Part shown: one piece after another, positions 24,299-36,982 of the stretch
How positions within the stretch are numbered: the stretch's first letter is position 1
How the letters are laid out: each line of letters starts with the position of its first letter
DNA from: Azolla caroliniana
Taxonomy: Eukaryota; Plantae; Polypodiophyta
DNA: 64,000 nt
NCBI GenBank assembly: GCA_043228905.1
Contig: JBHGNT010000081.1
Coordinates: 36,865 to 100,864, forward strand
Direction of reading: 5' to 3'
The notes under the pieces: model-generated
What the model was told of the DNA's origin: nothing
What the model saw: the letters and a program-made list of their open reading frames with translations, nothing else
The model's database searches: none
Position numbers and translations under genes: made by a program

Positions 24299-26899
24299 TG
24301 GTATGCCCACCTCCAGCTTGAAGTCCTGTTTTCATATGTATTATATTCTTCTGTAGAAGCTACCCTGTTTAACAGCACGTACCCTCTTATCAATTGGAAA
24401 TGTGCTACTAACAGGGAAGTAACTGCTGCTGGATGATAAAATTAGGAGCTTATTTTTTCCTAGATGCACAGGACTTGTTTACGGTAGATGTAATTACAAC
24501 ACTAATAGCTTGAAAATGAAGCAGACCCCTTTATGAAATAGGCTGAGACACTAATGGGCTAACGCCTGTGTGGCGGCACTGTTGTAAAACTTAGGTAGCA
24601 GGAATGCCCCATATGTTAATATTTATATCGCCATTCCAGTTGTATTAATAACTTGTTGTGACAAAGTCAATTGCCATATGCCATGTATCTTAAAAAAACC
24701 CTGCTGAAAGTCAGCATTTTCCAATTTGAGCATTTAATTGCTTAGTGTTTGGCTGATGGGTTTTGAAGAGCTCCTAGTCATGCTTTTAATGTTATGGATG
24801 ATGCCAAAGTTCTAGTCATTGTACTTGATATCCTGTCCATTTGTAACATCCTCGTGAGACAAAGGAACTATCTTTGCACAGCACAGTTCTCAATAAGAAA
24901 TAAGCAGTCATTAATGAAAGTCAGGTACTTACCCATTCATATCTGAACTTTTGAAGGCAGTGGAATTGATGGAGTTCCAAAGCAGTCACTGATGGAATCA
25001 TGAAACTGAATCATACGCTAATGCAAGATGATTTGGTTGCTCCTAGTTGCCATTCACTCTTATCAAATACAATGTCAGCCTTGTCCTATGCAGCTGTAGT
25101 AGGCAAGATTATTCTACTTCGGTAGAAGGTATGGAATGACACCAGTTGTTAATTGAGAACCTGCTTCGTTTATGAATTTCAAGGCTGGATACGTGCTATA
25201 GGCTATGCAGCAGGAAGTAATGATAATATTTTCCACTCAAACTAGTGGAATCACAGCTTAGACAACTTAAAAAGTATTTCAAGGCCTGGACAGCTGCATC
25301 ATCACTTGAAACCTGAATACTGTGATCCAGAGTGGGCCAAAGATATGGGAAACAGTTCTCATTACAGTATGGAGATCAACAAGAAGCATTCAACTATGCC
25401 TCCGTAGCTTGATGAAATGAGGCCTCATTGGGTTGTTTATCTGCCTATCCTCCATATGGTTTCGTGGCCATGTTTGTTAATTGGGTTGTCAGGTTTTTTG
25501 AAGGATTTCTAACTCTTTCTAGAGTACTCTCCTGGAGAGTTTGCATCGACAATCTGTAGTGCATGGATGCAGGTGCAAAATAGGTATATTGCTAATTTTC
25601 GTCAGGAAGTGGGCGGTTCTCCCAAGTTTTTGGCATGTGCGTAATAGTGATAAGTTGAGGGTCTGAATTGTGGCTGCAATCCAGAGTATTGAAATGCAGA
25701 AGAATAATGGATCACGTAAAGTTGTCCTAGAACACAAGAAGAAAAATCAAGGGATGACCGATGAACAGTACCACAACAATAGGAGCAGCACCAGAAGCTA
25801 TTTTGTCTCCCTTGTTTCCATTCTTAACACAACAAACACCACTGCTCCTATATCAGTACAATTTTTACTTTGCTATCTCACATTTAACTTCCAGATGTCT
25901 ACCACATACAAGTTTGAAGCAATTATTTAGACGTACATACAGATGCTAAAAATGTATATATTAAAATGAAAGATGACCCAAAGGGCTGAGAAATCAATCT
26001 GGCAAAAAAAGAAATGTCCAGGATCCAACTCTAAAAAACTCCAGCCATATAGTTACTATGTAAACTGTACAGGAAATGATGTATAGGTATCATATGATGC
26101 TGGTGAAGTAATAAAAACCCACTAATGCTTTACCATGCCATCAATTACAAATATTTCGTGAGGAACGTAAAGGCACAATATTGAGGCATCATGTAACTGC
26201 AGAGTATTTTAATGTTATGGTATATTAGTTTGAAGGTCTAGAATACAACTGAGAAATCTAACATAACAATCTAAGATATGGAAATGTAAATTAAGTCATG
26301 GAGACTACTGAAAGTTTTGACAGAGAGTTGCATTTCATAGCAAGATTTTCATACCAAAGGTGAGCACGTCCTCTTAAAACTAGATTTCCTCAGGCACTGT
26401 ATGAGCGTATTGTAATGAAATTAGAAGAATGAATCTCAGTATGTTTTAGTATCTCCATAATCCTCAAGAGCCAATACTCTCTCGAACCCCCAAACATGTC
26501 AACAATGCCCAACAAGGTGTATTGAAACAGCTTTTGAGGTCAAGTATGTTAGAGCTGTAATTAATCTAGATTAGTTGATGCCTTGAAATTAATTGCAATA
26601 GAGAAAGTAGTGGTTGAGCCCTTTGAATCAAGAATACAAACGTGTTCATACTTCGCTTTTGTTTTTAAATTACAAGAGCAAATTTCAATTTCTAGTTTAA
26701 ATCAAACATTTAGGACTGAGAAGTATACATTAAGAATACTCTTTTTAGCAGCCATATAAGGTAAACAATATTTACACAAAAAGTGTTTTGTAGTTGCTAC
26801 TTGGCAATAACAAAATCTCAAGATAAATAAGTAAATGAATATTTTCTATGGGGCTAACACTGTAGTCAAAATTACTACATGTAAACTAGAAGTTATTGA

Positions 26900-27626
26900 C
26901 AAAGATGCAAGTACAATGGAGGGGACTACAACGCCAAATCAAAACAAATACGGATATTAGAAAAAAGTAAGTTCCAAATGACCTTAAATCACATATTTTC
27001 TTCACAAATATAATTTACTAAAACAAATAATGATGCATGGATTCATGTCTAACAATAGGTTCCAATTTTCTTGAAAAATCTTACAAGGAATTTCAATCTT
27101 AGCCATGATTTTGAGCATAGACCTCTTGAACTTGATACAAGAGTGATAAACTTGTAGGTTGAGACAATGGTAAATCCAGAACCAAACAATTGTTGGGGAA
27201 CTTGGTTAGAGTGATAGACTTCTAACTTCCAACTTTGCCATGCATAACATTTGAAAGATATATGTACAAGGCTCTAAATGGCATCATGATATGGTTTGTG
27301 CAATGGGAGAATATGTAAAAGGTAAGTTTCTAAACTATTGGGATTTTGGTCAAAGTGGTCACTAGAAGGAAAGGGGCCAGCCATTAGTAACAAAAGGGTT
27401 GAGGGTTCAAAACTTGATAAATGAGCGATTAGTTACTATGTATAAGTGACAACTAAGGGGGCATGTGATAAAAGTTCATGTTCAACATACATTTTTTCAC
27501 ACCCAAGTGCCCATCCAAGGACAAGTGGTAGTGCATAGTAATAAGGAAAAGCAACACGATATGCCAAGGATTCTATTTGTGTTCGACAAGAGAGCTCTTA
27601 AAAACCATAAAATGAAGAGAGCTTAT
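26900..27626 (+). mobile_element. Possible decayed gypsy 3' end (PPT plus LTR start) interrupted by the Copia
   Basis: FHVS-like remnant at ~27040; PPT-like AAGGGGGCA followed by TGTGA at 27464. Confidence 0.35.
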
Positions 27627-28190
27627 TGTTGGGGCCACAAGTTTTGTGACTCCAACACACAAGATTCAATGAGAAACAAAACATCAAGAATAATGAATCA
27701 ATGGCCATGTGGGAGTACGATGAGGATCAAGGCATCAATGTCTTTGACCGTAGACTTGCTACATTGACTCAAGGATATCAACATAAGCACTTCAATACAA
27801 ACACTTGCATAAGCATGTCTGAGGACACTGTTGAATACGGGTATATAATGGTCGTATTCACATTGTCCCATTGGACACACTAGGTTTAGGCTTTTTTTGT
27901 ATATAGTGGAAAGGGCAGTTGCCCTAAGTCAATTAGTATTTAAACTCATGTTTGTAACCTACTTTTAGTGGTTGTTCCTTTTCTTATTGCCATTGTAACT
28001 CTCAGAGACAATAATACAGTTACATACTCTTGTGCCTACCTTGGTGTACTTCTTTTCTTTATCTTTCTTATTGATCTTGTCTTATGATTAAGTTGTCTTG
28101 TGTTAGCAATCTGTTTCTTTGTATTTACTCAAGATCTTCATCTCAAAGAGTGTTGAGTTTGTTCCGCATCCTGATGACTGGTTTCCAACA
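27627..28190 (+). repeat. 5' LTR of the Copia
   Basis: 6-bp terminal inverted repeat TGTTGG/CCAACA, followed by the PBS. Confidence 0.8.
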
Positions 28191-28192
28191 TC

Positions 28193-28204
28193 TGGTATCA
28201 GAGC
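28193..28204 (+). promoter_or_regulatory. Primer-binding site, tRNA-iMet
   Basis: TGGTATCAGAGC, 2 nt after the LTR. Confidence 0.93.
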
Positions 28205-31200
28205 TTGGTTTTTCTTGATTCTGCAGCCGACTGTCTTCTTGGCTTCATTAACATCTCTTTTCTTGGCAACCTTGAAGGGCTTCTAACTATATTTGCTTGA
28301 TAGAACAGATTCTAAGATTTCAATCTGATTGAAATCTTTTGGCCAACACCTCTCTACAAGATCAATTTTGCTTGAGAAGAAATGAGTCTAAGGAATTTTG
28401 ACGGATCTAACTTTAATTTCTGGAAGGAGCAGATGTAGGACTACCTGATAGTCAAGGGTTAGATCGACCCATCAAGACAGAAAACGCTCTAGAAGTTTAC
28501 AACCCGAATGAGTGGACAAAACTAGATAGAAATGTTGAGACACCATTCAGATGCACTTGTAAGAGTCAATGTACTTCATAGTGCAATCGTGTTCGATAAC
28601 TTTCCAACTATGGAAGACACTCTCAGACACTTACGAAAAGAAGGTCGCCGCAACAAAGATATATATGATGTGACACCTTTACAACCTTCAGATTAAAGAA
28701 TCTGACTCGTTCCAGGCACAACTCAACGAGTACAAAAGTTTAAGCTCCCAAATTTCAGCTCAAGGGATGACAATCAAAGATGAATTGGAAGCAATGTTGC
28801 TCATGAGTAGTCTCCCTCCTTCCTAGGAAACTTTCGTCACAACCGTGTGCAATGCGTCAACTGCCACCATGAAGTACTCCGAAGTTAGGAGCTCAATTCT
28901 AATGGAATGTGTTCGGAGGAATCGTTTGCAAATGATTCAGCCAGTGACAACTACGTAGTACAAGGTTTGGCCAACCAATCGAACAGTCGAGGGAGAAGTT
29001 CTTCCCCATCGCCGACAAATCAGCGAAGCCAGAGCAAGTCTCGAGATAATCGAATCTATAATTATTGCAAGAAACCCGCACATATCAAGGCCAAGTGTTG
29101 TGCCCTCAAAGCCAAAAATGATAAAACTCATCGAGGTGATCAAAAGACTGGTCATCATGAGGAGGTTAACTACATCATCTCTTAAGCTGAAGTATTGAAG
29201 AACAAGCTTAACATCTTGTTCATAGAACACTCAATCAAATCGGAAGTTCTGATTATGATTGAGGAATCGAGCACATGGCTCTTGGATTCGGGTGCATCCT
29301 ACCACGTGACCCGTCATCGATCCCAATTTCGGCAATATTTAGCTCAACATTTTGACTCGGTCCAAGTAAGAAATTCACAACATTGCTCTATAATCAGAAT
29401 TGACATTGTAGATCTCAACCTTCCAGGCAACTCCACATTAGTACTACACGATGTCCAACATGTACTTGAGCTCTCAAGTCCATTGATCTAAGTCAGACAA
29501 CTTGACGAAGACGACATTCATGCTGGCTTCTCATCAGGAGGGTGGACACTCCACAGAAGGAACCTCCTGCTTGCTCGAGGTTTGAAAGTACATTCACTAT
29601 ACTCTTTATATGTCACACTCAAAGGGGTGACTTGTTCTTGGTTGATATTCCCGTGTCTTCATTATGGTACTGACAACTCTAACATCTCAGCAAGGCCGAC
29701 ATCATGCATCTATCTAGAGCGGGATACATCCCCAAACTCTCCTTCTCGGATCACCAGTTCTGCAAGCAGTGACAGTACAACAAACAAGATGCGGCCTCAC
29801 ACCCGATGACAAGATCGAGAGAATCGAGACCGCTCGATTTGGTCCATTCAAACATCTGTGGCCTGATGCCACATCAATCTCTTGGTGGTGCCTTGTACTT
29901 CGTCACCTTCATTGACGACTCGACTCGCAAGGTGTGGGCATACCCGGTCAGAACCAATGATCGGGGTTTCTCAATCTTCTAGGAATGGCTCACAATGGTG
30001 GAGAATGTCCGATCAAAAGCTTAAATGCATTCGAACCGACAATGGGAAAGAGTTTAAGTTGGAAGAATTCATCTGATTTGCCAACAATGCAACATTCAAC
30101 GTGTCAAATAGACGACACCTCATAGTCCAGAGCAAAACGAAATTGCTGAACGAATGAATTGGACAATTCAGGAACGAATAGTGTCCATGCTCCAACACTT
30201 TGGATTGTCAGATGGCTTTAAGGTAGAGGCCCTGCGTACCGTAGTACACATAATTAATATGTTGCCGAGCAAGCCTCTAGGACTTCAAGTACCTTAGGAA
30301 TTATGGACCGGTAGGAAGCTGAATTATGACAAGATGAGCATTTTTGGATGCGAGGCATACGCCCTCATAGCGAAAGACAATCGACGAAAGCTCGAACCAA
30401 GGACCAGGATATGCATTTTCCTTGGCTATGGACTAGACGGCGAGATCGGATACCAACTCTGGGGCCACGAGCATAGACAAATCGTCTGACGTTTGGACGT
30501 AGTGTTCAACGAGTCGACCATGCATAAGACAACCGAAAGGCCTATTGAAGTCCGAAGGGTAACTTTTTTCGAACTGTCGGCCCTTCATGATGGCCCTACT
30601 CATAACACGTGGTCGGCTTCATGGGTAGCTGAATCCTCTAGCACAGAATCAATTCCCACTGATTCGACACAATTGAATGTTTTGGCTTCGGACCATCTGA
30701 CCTAGATACCCGATCAAGCTAACCCAATCATACCTAGAAGATCCGAAAGACTGTTGCAACCTCTAGAGAGATACTCTCTTGGAATCTTCTTTACGAATGC
30801 TAGTTAACGGACATCGTATGAAGAAACATTGGCATTAGCCGATTCGGCCACATGGCATTTGGCGATGGAGTTAGAGATGAACTCAATTCGTGAAAAGAAG
30901 ACTTGGGACTTGGTCGAATTATCGAAGAATCAACGTGCTCATCCGTGCAAGTAGGTCTATAGACTAAAAGAGACGTCTGATTCAATCACCCCAAAATTCA
31001 AGCCCAAATTAGTCACGAAAGGGTTTTGACAAGAATATGGCATCGACTTCGACGAAAGTTTTTCACCAGTGGTGAAAATGACAACCCTTCGCTTGATGCG
31101 TGGTGCCGTGGCAGCCGAGAATTTGGAGCTAATTTAGCTAGATGTAAAAACGGCATTCCTCCATGGTGACCTAGAGGAGGAAATTTATATGGAGCAGCCG

Positions 31201-31797
31201 AAAGGCTTTGTGGTATCTAGCCAGGAACATCTAGTCTGCTAACTCAAAAAGAGTCTATACGGCCTGAAGCAGGCACCCAAGCAGTGGTACAAGAAGTTTG
31301 ATGACTTTATCCAATCGGTTAGTTTCTCAAAGAGTGATGAGGACCATTATCTCTTCACCAAAACAACTCAAGATGGGTCTCCCATCTTCCTCATCATTTA
31401 TGTGGATGACATGCAACACTACTCTCTGGGGGAATGCTAGAGAGCTCGCCAAACTTGTTCGGCAATTGCCGTTGAAGTTTTTCATGAAGGACCTCGGGCT
31501 AGCAAGACACATTTTGGGATGAAAATAAGTTGGATTCGGAATCGACGACAACTATTTCTGTCTCCAACTGACTATATTGGATGTGTCTTAGAATGCTTCA
31601 ATATGCAATCGGCAAAATCTACTTCGACCCTGCTCCCCAATAAGCTATTTCTGTCTCAACGAGACTACTCGACATCCGATCTAGAGGGGGAAGATATGAA
31701 GTCGGTATTGTATGCACTAGTAGTTGGCTCCTTAATGTACACGACACGAGTTGACATTGCTAATGTCGTAGGAGCTGTCAACAGATTAATGCATAAT

Positions 31798-32238
31798 TGT
31801 TGCCGTTTAGGAACACGGTCCACGGTCAGTCCTTCGACCTAGTCCTCAAGTGGGCGTGGAACAACAAACAGGTGTATCAACGTATTGCGTAAGGGTAGAA
31901 CCCATGTAACCTATCAGCGTATAAGGGAAGACGGTTACAACTGAATCCCTATTCAGGGTTACACTTACGTACTACAACACTTAAGTAATCAAGACACCCA
32001 CTCTGAACTAGCCGTAGCTATACACAAAAAATCAAAGAAGATAGTATTCTATTATAAGGCGTTTCTTTACATTCCCCAAAATTCCACGCACCTCTATCAG
32101 AGGTTTTCTGCCCTTTATATATGCAGGGTCTAATTAGCCGTTCACGCTTCCTACGTGAACCGTTACATTCGTTATGCTCTTTAAATAATTTCTTACTCCT
32201 ACGCTTTTGTTCGTCGGTTACTATTCCGGCGGACAACA
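31798..32238 (-). repeat. LTR of element A
   Basis: TGTTG..CAACA termini; begins exactly where Copia RT homology stops; minus-strand TATATAAAGGG box at ~32111-32121. Confidence 0.85.
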
Positions 32239-32284
32239 CTTGGCATGCCTGTGGGACAGTGCCTTTGCACGTCGGACCCATCCC

Positions 32285-35182
32285 TTAATCTTCTTCCAAA
32301 ATGGCCCGGATGTTCGGCTTTGCTGTGGTGTCCTCGTTCGGAGGTGATGTAGGGCTCGTAGGTGCATCGTGGTGTGGCTCCTCTGTTTGGTCGGGCTGGT
32401 TTCTCCCGGAGTCGCCGTCACCGTGTGTGGGTGGTCCGGGTACAGTGGGCTCTTCTTGAGTTAGTGGGTTGGGCTCCGCCGTTGTCGTGCTTGCAGTCGG
32501 CTGCGACTCTGCCTCCATTGTTACGTCCTCTGTGGTGTTGGCCGTTTTTGTATATTCCTGGGAGTGGGGCGGAGATTCCGCATGGTCCGCACCGTTCTCC
32601 ACGTGGTCTGATGATAGTGTGGGCTCGTGCGGCTGGACCTCTTGTTGGGTAGTGGTTTCACTGTCTGGTCCCGTGGGGAACTCCGCTCGTCGGTCCCCGC
32701 TATTCTCCCTTGTTGTCATCTCTGGTGATCAGGCCTGAGGTTCCTCTTCTTCGGCTGGGGTCGGAATTGGTGACGCTCTGGATTCCTCGTTTGTGCGCAT
32801 GTTGCCGGCCTGCGTGATTTGGTGAAATAGCTCCTCCTGACATTCACCAAAATCATCTAAGAGTTGTGCGAGTTCTTCGGAGTGTTGGTCTGCTAGCGCA
32901 CGATAGTCTTGTGCTAGGTCCTCCCGTACGGTTGCAATGCTCTCCTCATTTAGTTTATAGAAACCTCGACCGTCTTTTCGCCGGTTCTCCCAATCCGCCC
33001 GATACGTGTGCAATTCCGCAGCTTGGGTTGCCCACGGCATCCATCCTTTGTCCAACGCCGTTTTCAATTGCGCTGTGAACCTCTCCCGATTTGTTTGGAG
33101 AAGGATCCGCACGTTATCTGTGATGGCCTGGCAACAGTTGCGTGCGTCTTCCATCGACTTTTGGAGATTTGCGATTTCCTGTTGTTTAACGGCTGCCGCT
33201 TCCTCATACGTGGCCTTCAGGCCCGCCCACAACTGGGATTCCTTTGCATGCTGTTCTTCTAATTTCCCCATCTCGTTGTTTAGGCGGATTTCGAGCTAAT
33301 GCCTCCTGTTTTGTTCAACCACCAACTGCTCATCGAACCATACCTTCTTTTTTTCTAATAAGGCCGAAGTCCTGCTATTGCCGCCTCCGATTTCTTCGCG
33401 TCCTCTCGTAATTGTGCGCTGTCATCCTTTGTCCAGATGTGCTAAGCTACCTCCGTAGCTAGTTTTTCTTCAAGAGTTGTTACTGCCTTCCGTCCGTTAG
33501 CCCGTATCTCCTTTTCTCTGTCTGAGGATTGGCGTAGTTCTGCGCGAAGACGGTCAATTTCGGATTCTGCTAGCTGCATGACCCTTTTTACTTTTGAGGT
33601 GATGGCGGTCTGAGCCTCGATTTCTTCTTTTAGAGCGTCGATGACATGGTTTGGTGGCGGGGTTGCGTGTTGCACCGTAGTCGCGTGAGTTTCCAACTCG
33701 GCGATGCGTGCGTTGGCTTTTTGCAGTTCGGCTTCGGTCAGTTTAACCTTCTTCCAGACATTCTTATTTTTTATGGCCATCTCCTTGGCGCCCGTGCTGA
33801 CCTTTGCCAGTTCCCGATGGACTTCGACTAGGGCCGTGTTTAAGGGCGGTATCTCCATCCCCACTGGTCGTACCCCGATGTTCCTTTGTCTACCGACCCT
33901 GGCGTTCCGCATGCTCCTCGGCCATTCGTTGGGCGGCTTTGACCTGTTGTGTTGCCGAAAACTCCATGAGCTCAAAAGAAGTACCGAACTGCAAGAGGGT
34001 GCTAAACTCGTGGGTCGTATCTGGGATATCCGGATATGCCAAAACCTCGCTTTCCGCCGTCAATACGGCTTTCCCTCGTTGGGACTGAGTCGTAATAATC
34101 GGCCGTGGCTCCCGAATGATTTCGAAGGTGGTATTCGGTTCCGCTGTTGCGGCACCTTCGCCTTCGGTCGGTGTCTCCGTTGCCGTGGGGGCGTTTTTTA
34201 CCAACTCCCGCCCATCTTTCCTGTCCAATCTGCGCCGTTTTGGTCTGGGGCTTTCCCGCTGTGTTTCGGTGTCTGGTTATGGGGCTGCTTCCCTAGAGCG
34301 TCTCGGTTGTTCCTTTTGCGTTGTCCGTGTGTCCGGCTGGTCGGTAGGAGGTGTTGTCCTTGGGTCTGGCTGGGCTGGTTGGGGTTCCTCTTCCCACTCT
34401 AGGGCCGATAACTCTGCTAACCTGCGTTTCGCGGATTGGGGCGGGGCCGTGGGTTGGCTGGGCTGCGGTGCTGGCAGGCCTCGGGGTGGAAATAGTACCG
34501 TAAGGTATTGTTGGATGATCGGCTTGAGCTTTTTGCCTGCTTGGTATGCATGCAAGCCTTCCCTTAACGCTGGCCCTGTGATGACCCCCCAGTCGATGGC
34601 ACGCCCTTCAAAGGTATCGATGATGATGCCCGCTTTCTGCTTAGGCATCCCATATGCGTTGACATGTACGCAGCCGACTTCTAGCAGGAACTTGGCAACT
34701 TCACGGAAGAAGGGATCTGGAATTTATTTTGTTCTATAGGCCTTGGCGGAGGAGGAATATGGCCCAAAATACCGCTGCAGCGCCTCTACAGGAGGTATTT
34801 CGAAATGTCTTTCGCCTAGTGAGGATAGGTCCAACTTCTTCCGAATTGAAGAGTTGGTGACCGTGTCGATGTTAAGCCTCCTGGCGATGTCCATGGCGTC
34901 CGGGTGCGGAGGTGCTTCTGTGACCCGGATGTAACCATCCAGGCGTTTCTCCACTAGCCATCGGTGTAGGGTAGTAGAGATGAAGATCGGCATCGCCAGA
35001 GTAGGTTCGTGGGGAGGAGACGGTTGGTTGTGGTGAGTTGGTGCTCTGAGATAGGATGGGGAAGAAGGTGAGGAGGAGGAGCGATGGGAGCGCTGATAGC
35101 TAGAAGATTGGTTTCTGCTTTGTGCAGAAAATCTTCTGTTTCCTTCTTTTTGTGGCTTAGGGTTCATTGGGCGGTGAGCCAT
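32285..35182 (-). pseudogene. Extra ORF of element A (~950 codons, now broken): globular N-terminal part, P/T-rich linker, long coiled coil, acidic tail
   Basis: Consecutive minus-strand ORFs 34724-35182, 34277-34648, 33890-34228, 33442-33975, 32729-33271 and 32285-32719. Confidence 0.75.
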
Positions 35183-35325
35183 CGTGGTGCCGCGTGTTCT
35201 TGAACTAGGAGTTTGTGCATGCCTTTAGTCGTTTTAATAGTCACTATCTTCTCTCTCTTTTTTTTTTTTTGTAATGGTTATTTACCACCTATTTTCACAT
35301 TATAGTACAAATGGGGCTGTCCATT

Positions 35326-36130
35326 TTACGCTGCGGGTTCCCAGGTTCTGTCCCGTTTGGGTGTGAATGGGTTAGGTGGCGTAGGGCCCAGGTAAGGTTT
35401 GAGGCGAAATCCATTCACCTTTTGCCGTAATTCTTCCTTAGCCAGCGTTCCTAGTTGGAACGTGCCTTGTTCCGCTCCAATTATCCAGTATGGGCCGGTC
35501 TAGCGGAAACGTAACTTCCCCGGCATATGGCCCATGCGCGTTTGAAAAACTAGCACTGCTCGGCCCACGGCGAACTCCTTTTCCCTTGCGTTCCGATGTC
35601 GATCCACAAACACTTTACGCCGTCACTGTTCTTGTTCCAACACAGTCATGCTGTGGACACGTTTTTCCCCTAGTTTGAGGAGCTGGTAGAGCCGTACCTC
35701 CTCCGACTTGGCTTCTGATAATCGGTTCCGTACCTGAATGCGCAAACTCGGTACCTGAAATTCGACCGGCATCACAACCTCCAGTCCAAACGCTAGTCGG
35801 AACGGTGTTAACTGTATGCTTGTTTTGTAACTAGTTCTGTACGCCCATAACACACTCTGTAGTTTGGTATCCCAGTCCGTTCTATTTTCATTGACGGTTT
35901 TCTTCAGAATGGTCTGTAATGTCTTGTTCGTGGATTCTGCTAATCCATTCGCCTGTGGATAATATGGCGTGCTATTCTTGTGGACTATGGCGTAATGATG
36001 TGTTAGTTCCCGAACCACCGTATTGAGAAAGTGACTTCCCTAGTCACTGATGAGCTCAATCGGACAGCCGAAACGACACCAGATGTGCTCGTAAAGGAAT
36101 TTGGCTGTGACGGCCGCCGTATTTTCACGT
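35326..36130 (-). pseudogene. Element A integrase C-terminal half
   Basis: HKNSTPYYPQANGLAESTNKTL, LWAYRTSYKT, GPYWI and VNGFRLKPY. Confidence 0.9.
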
Positions 36131-36938
36131 TGTCGTGAAGAAAACCGTCCATAGGCGGAATCGGCGCACCAAGGCGTGGGAACCGGTTCCTCACGCGCGC
36201 ACGCTCCAAGTTGTACATAGAAGCGAATTAGGAGGATAATCGGCAGGAACGGGCCCTAACTCAAGTGGAGACAAAGACCGCGCGAACAGTCTTTTCGGTC
36301 GCGCGCGCGAACTGTACGAGTCGGCGGCGTAACTACGCGGATCCGTGAAAAACGGAGCGGATCCCTGTCCTAAAGGGACAGGGAATAAAGCTGACAGGAC
36401 GGCCTGCTCGTCGGCCTATATAAGGAGCAGGAAAGAGCTATTGCAGATATCTCGCGGGGAGAGGACGAAGTGCTGCCGAACCGATTTCGGAGCTGCTCTC
36501 TCACTCCTGCTTTCTCTGTCTTCTGCTCCATCGCGTACCTGTGCAGGTTTCGAGGAGGCTTGCGCTGTTCCGTGGAACGCCCCGAGTGCGTCCTGCAGCA
36601 CCTCCGACCTGTTTTCCCCTTTTTGTGCGTCGCGACATACAGGGGTCGGCATCTGTTCGCTGCCCTGTTCGTTTTCGTTAGTATCTATTTCGTGCCCCAC
36701 CGTGGGTTGTAATACTTTAGTCTGTTATTTTCGTGCATTCATAAGTACATATCTTTCGTTGTTGCGTCCATCTGCGTCGGCGTTTATTTGTGATCTCTGT
36801 TTGTTGGGCCGTGTCCCTGTGCAATCTTCGTTTCTGTGTAATCGGGTCTCTCTCTCTTATCTCTCTCTCTTGCTCTTCGGTCCAAGACCCCCGTGGTCCC
36901 TCCTCCTTTCTGCACGCAAGGGCGTAGTAACCCCGACA
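36131..36938 (+). repeat. 5' LTR of B
   Basis: TGTCG..CGACA termini; TATATAAGG at ~36416. Confidence 0.96.
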
Positions 36939-36942
36939 TCTT

Positions 36943-36959
36943 TGGTGAACCCGACGTGA
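36943..36959 (+). promoter_or_regulatory. Primer-binding site, tRNA-Trp
   Basis: TGGTGAACCCGACGTGA is complementary to the plant cytosolic tRNA-Trp 3' end (..TCACGTCGGGTTCACCA). Confidence 0.88.
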
Positions 36960-36982
36960 AAGAGGCGGCAGAAGAGCAGAAG

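Larger units (their letters stand above)
27627..31797 (+). mobile_element. Decayed Ty1/Copia element (5' LTR, PBS, gag-PR-INT-RT), interrupted at 31797 by gypsy A
   Basis: LTR TGTTGG..CCAACA (27627-28190); PBS; gag FDGSNFNFWK; YCKKPAHIKAKC knuckle; protease WLLDSGASYHV; integrase CIRTDNGKEF; RT DVKTAFLHGDLEEEIYMEQP, SLYGLKQAP and IYVDD; many stops. Confidence 0.92.

Noticed and set aside
24850-26600. Possible exons of a third gene (splice-like signals on the minus strand)
   Set aside because: Candidate exons contain stops or no recognisable protein, and no consistent gene model could be built.
36893-36982. Upstream start of B gag inside the LTR
   Set aside because: It is a non-ATG start spanning U5 and the PBS, and element D has a stop there; the ATG at 36983 is preferred.
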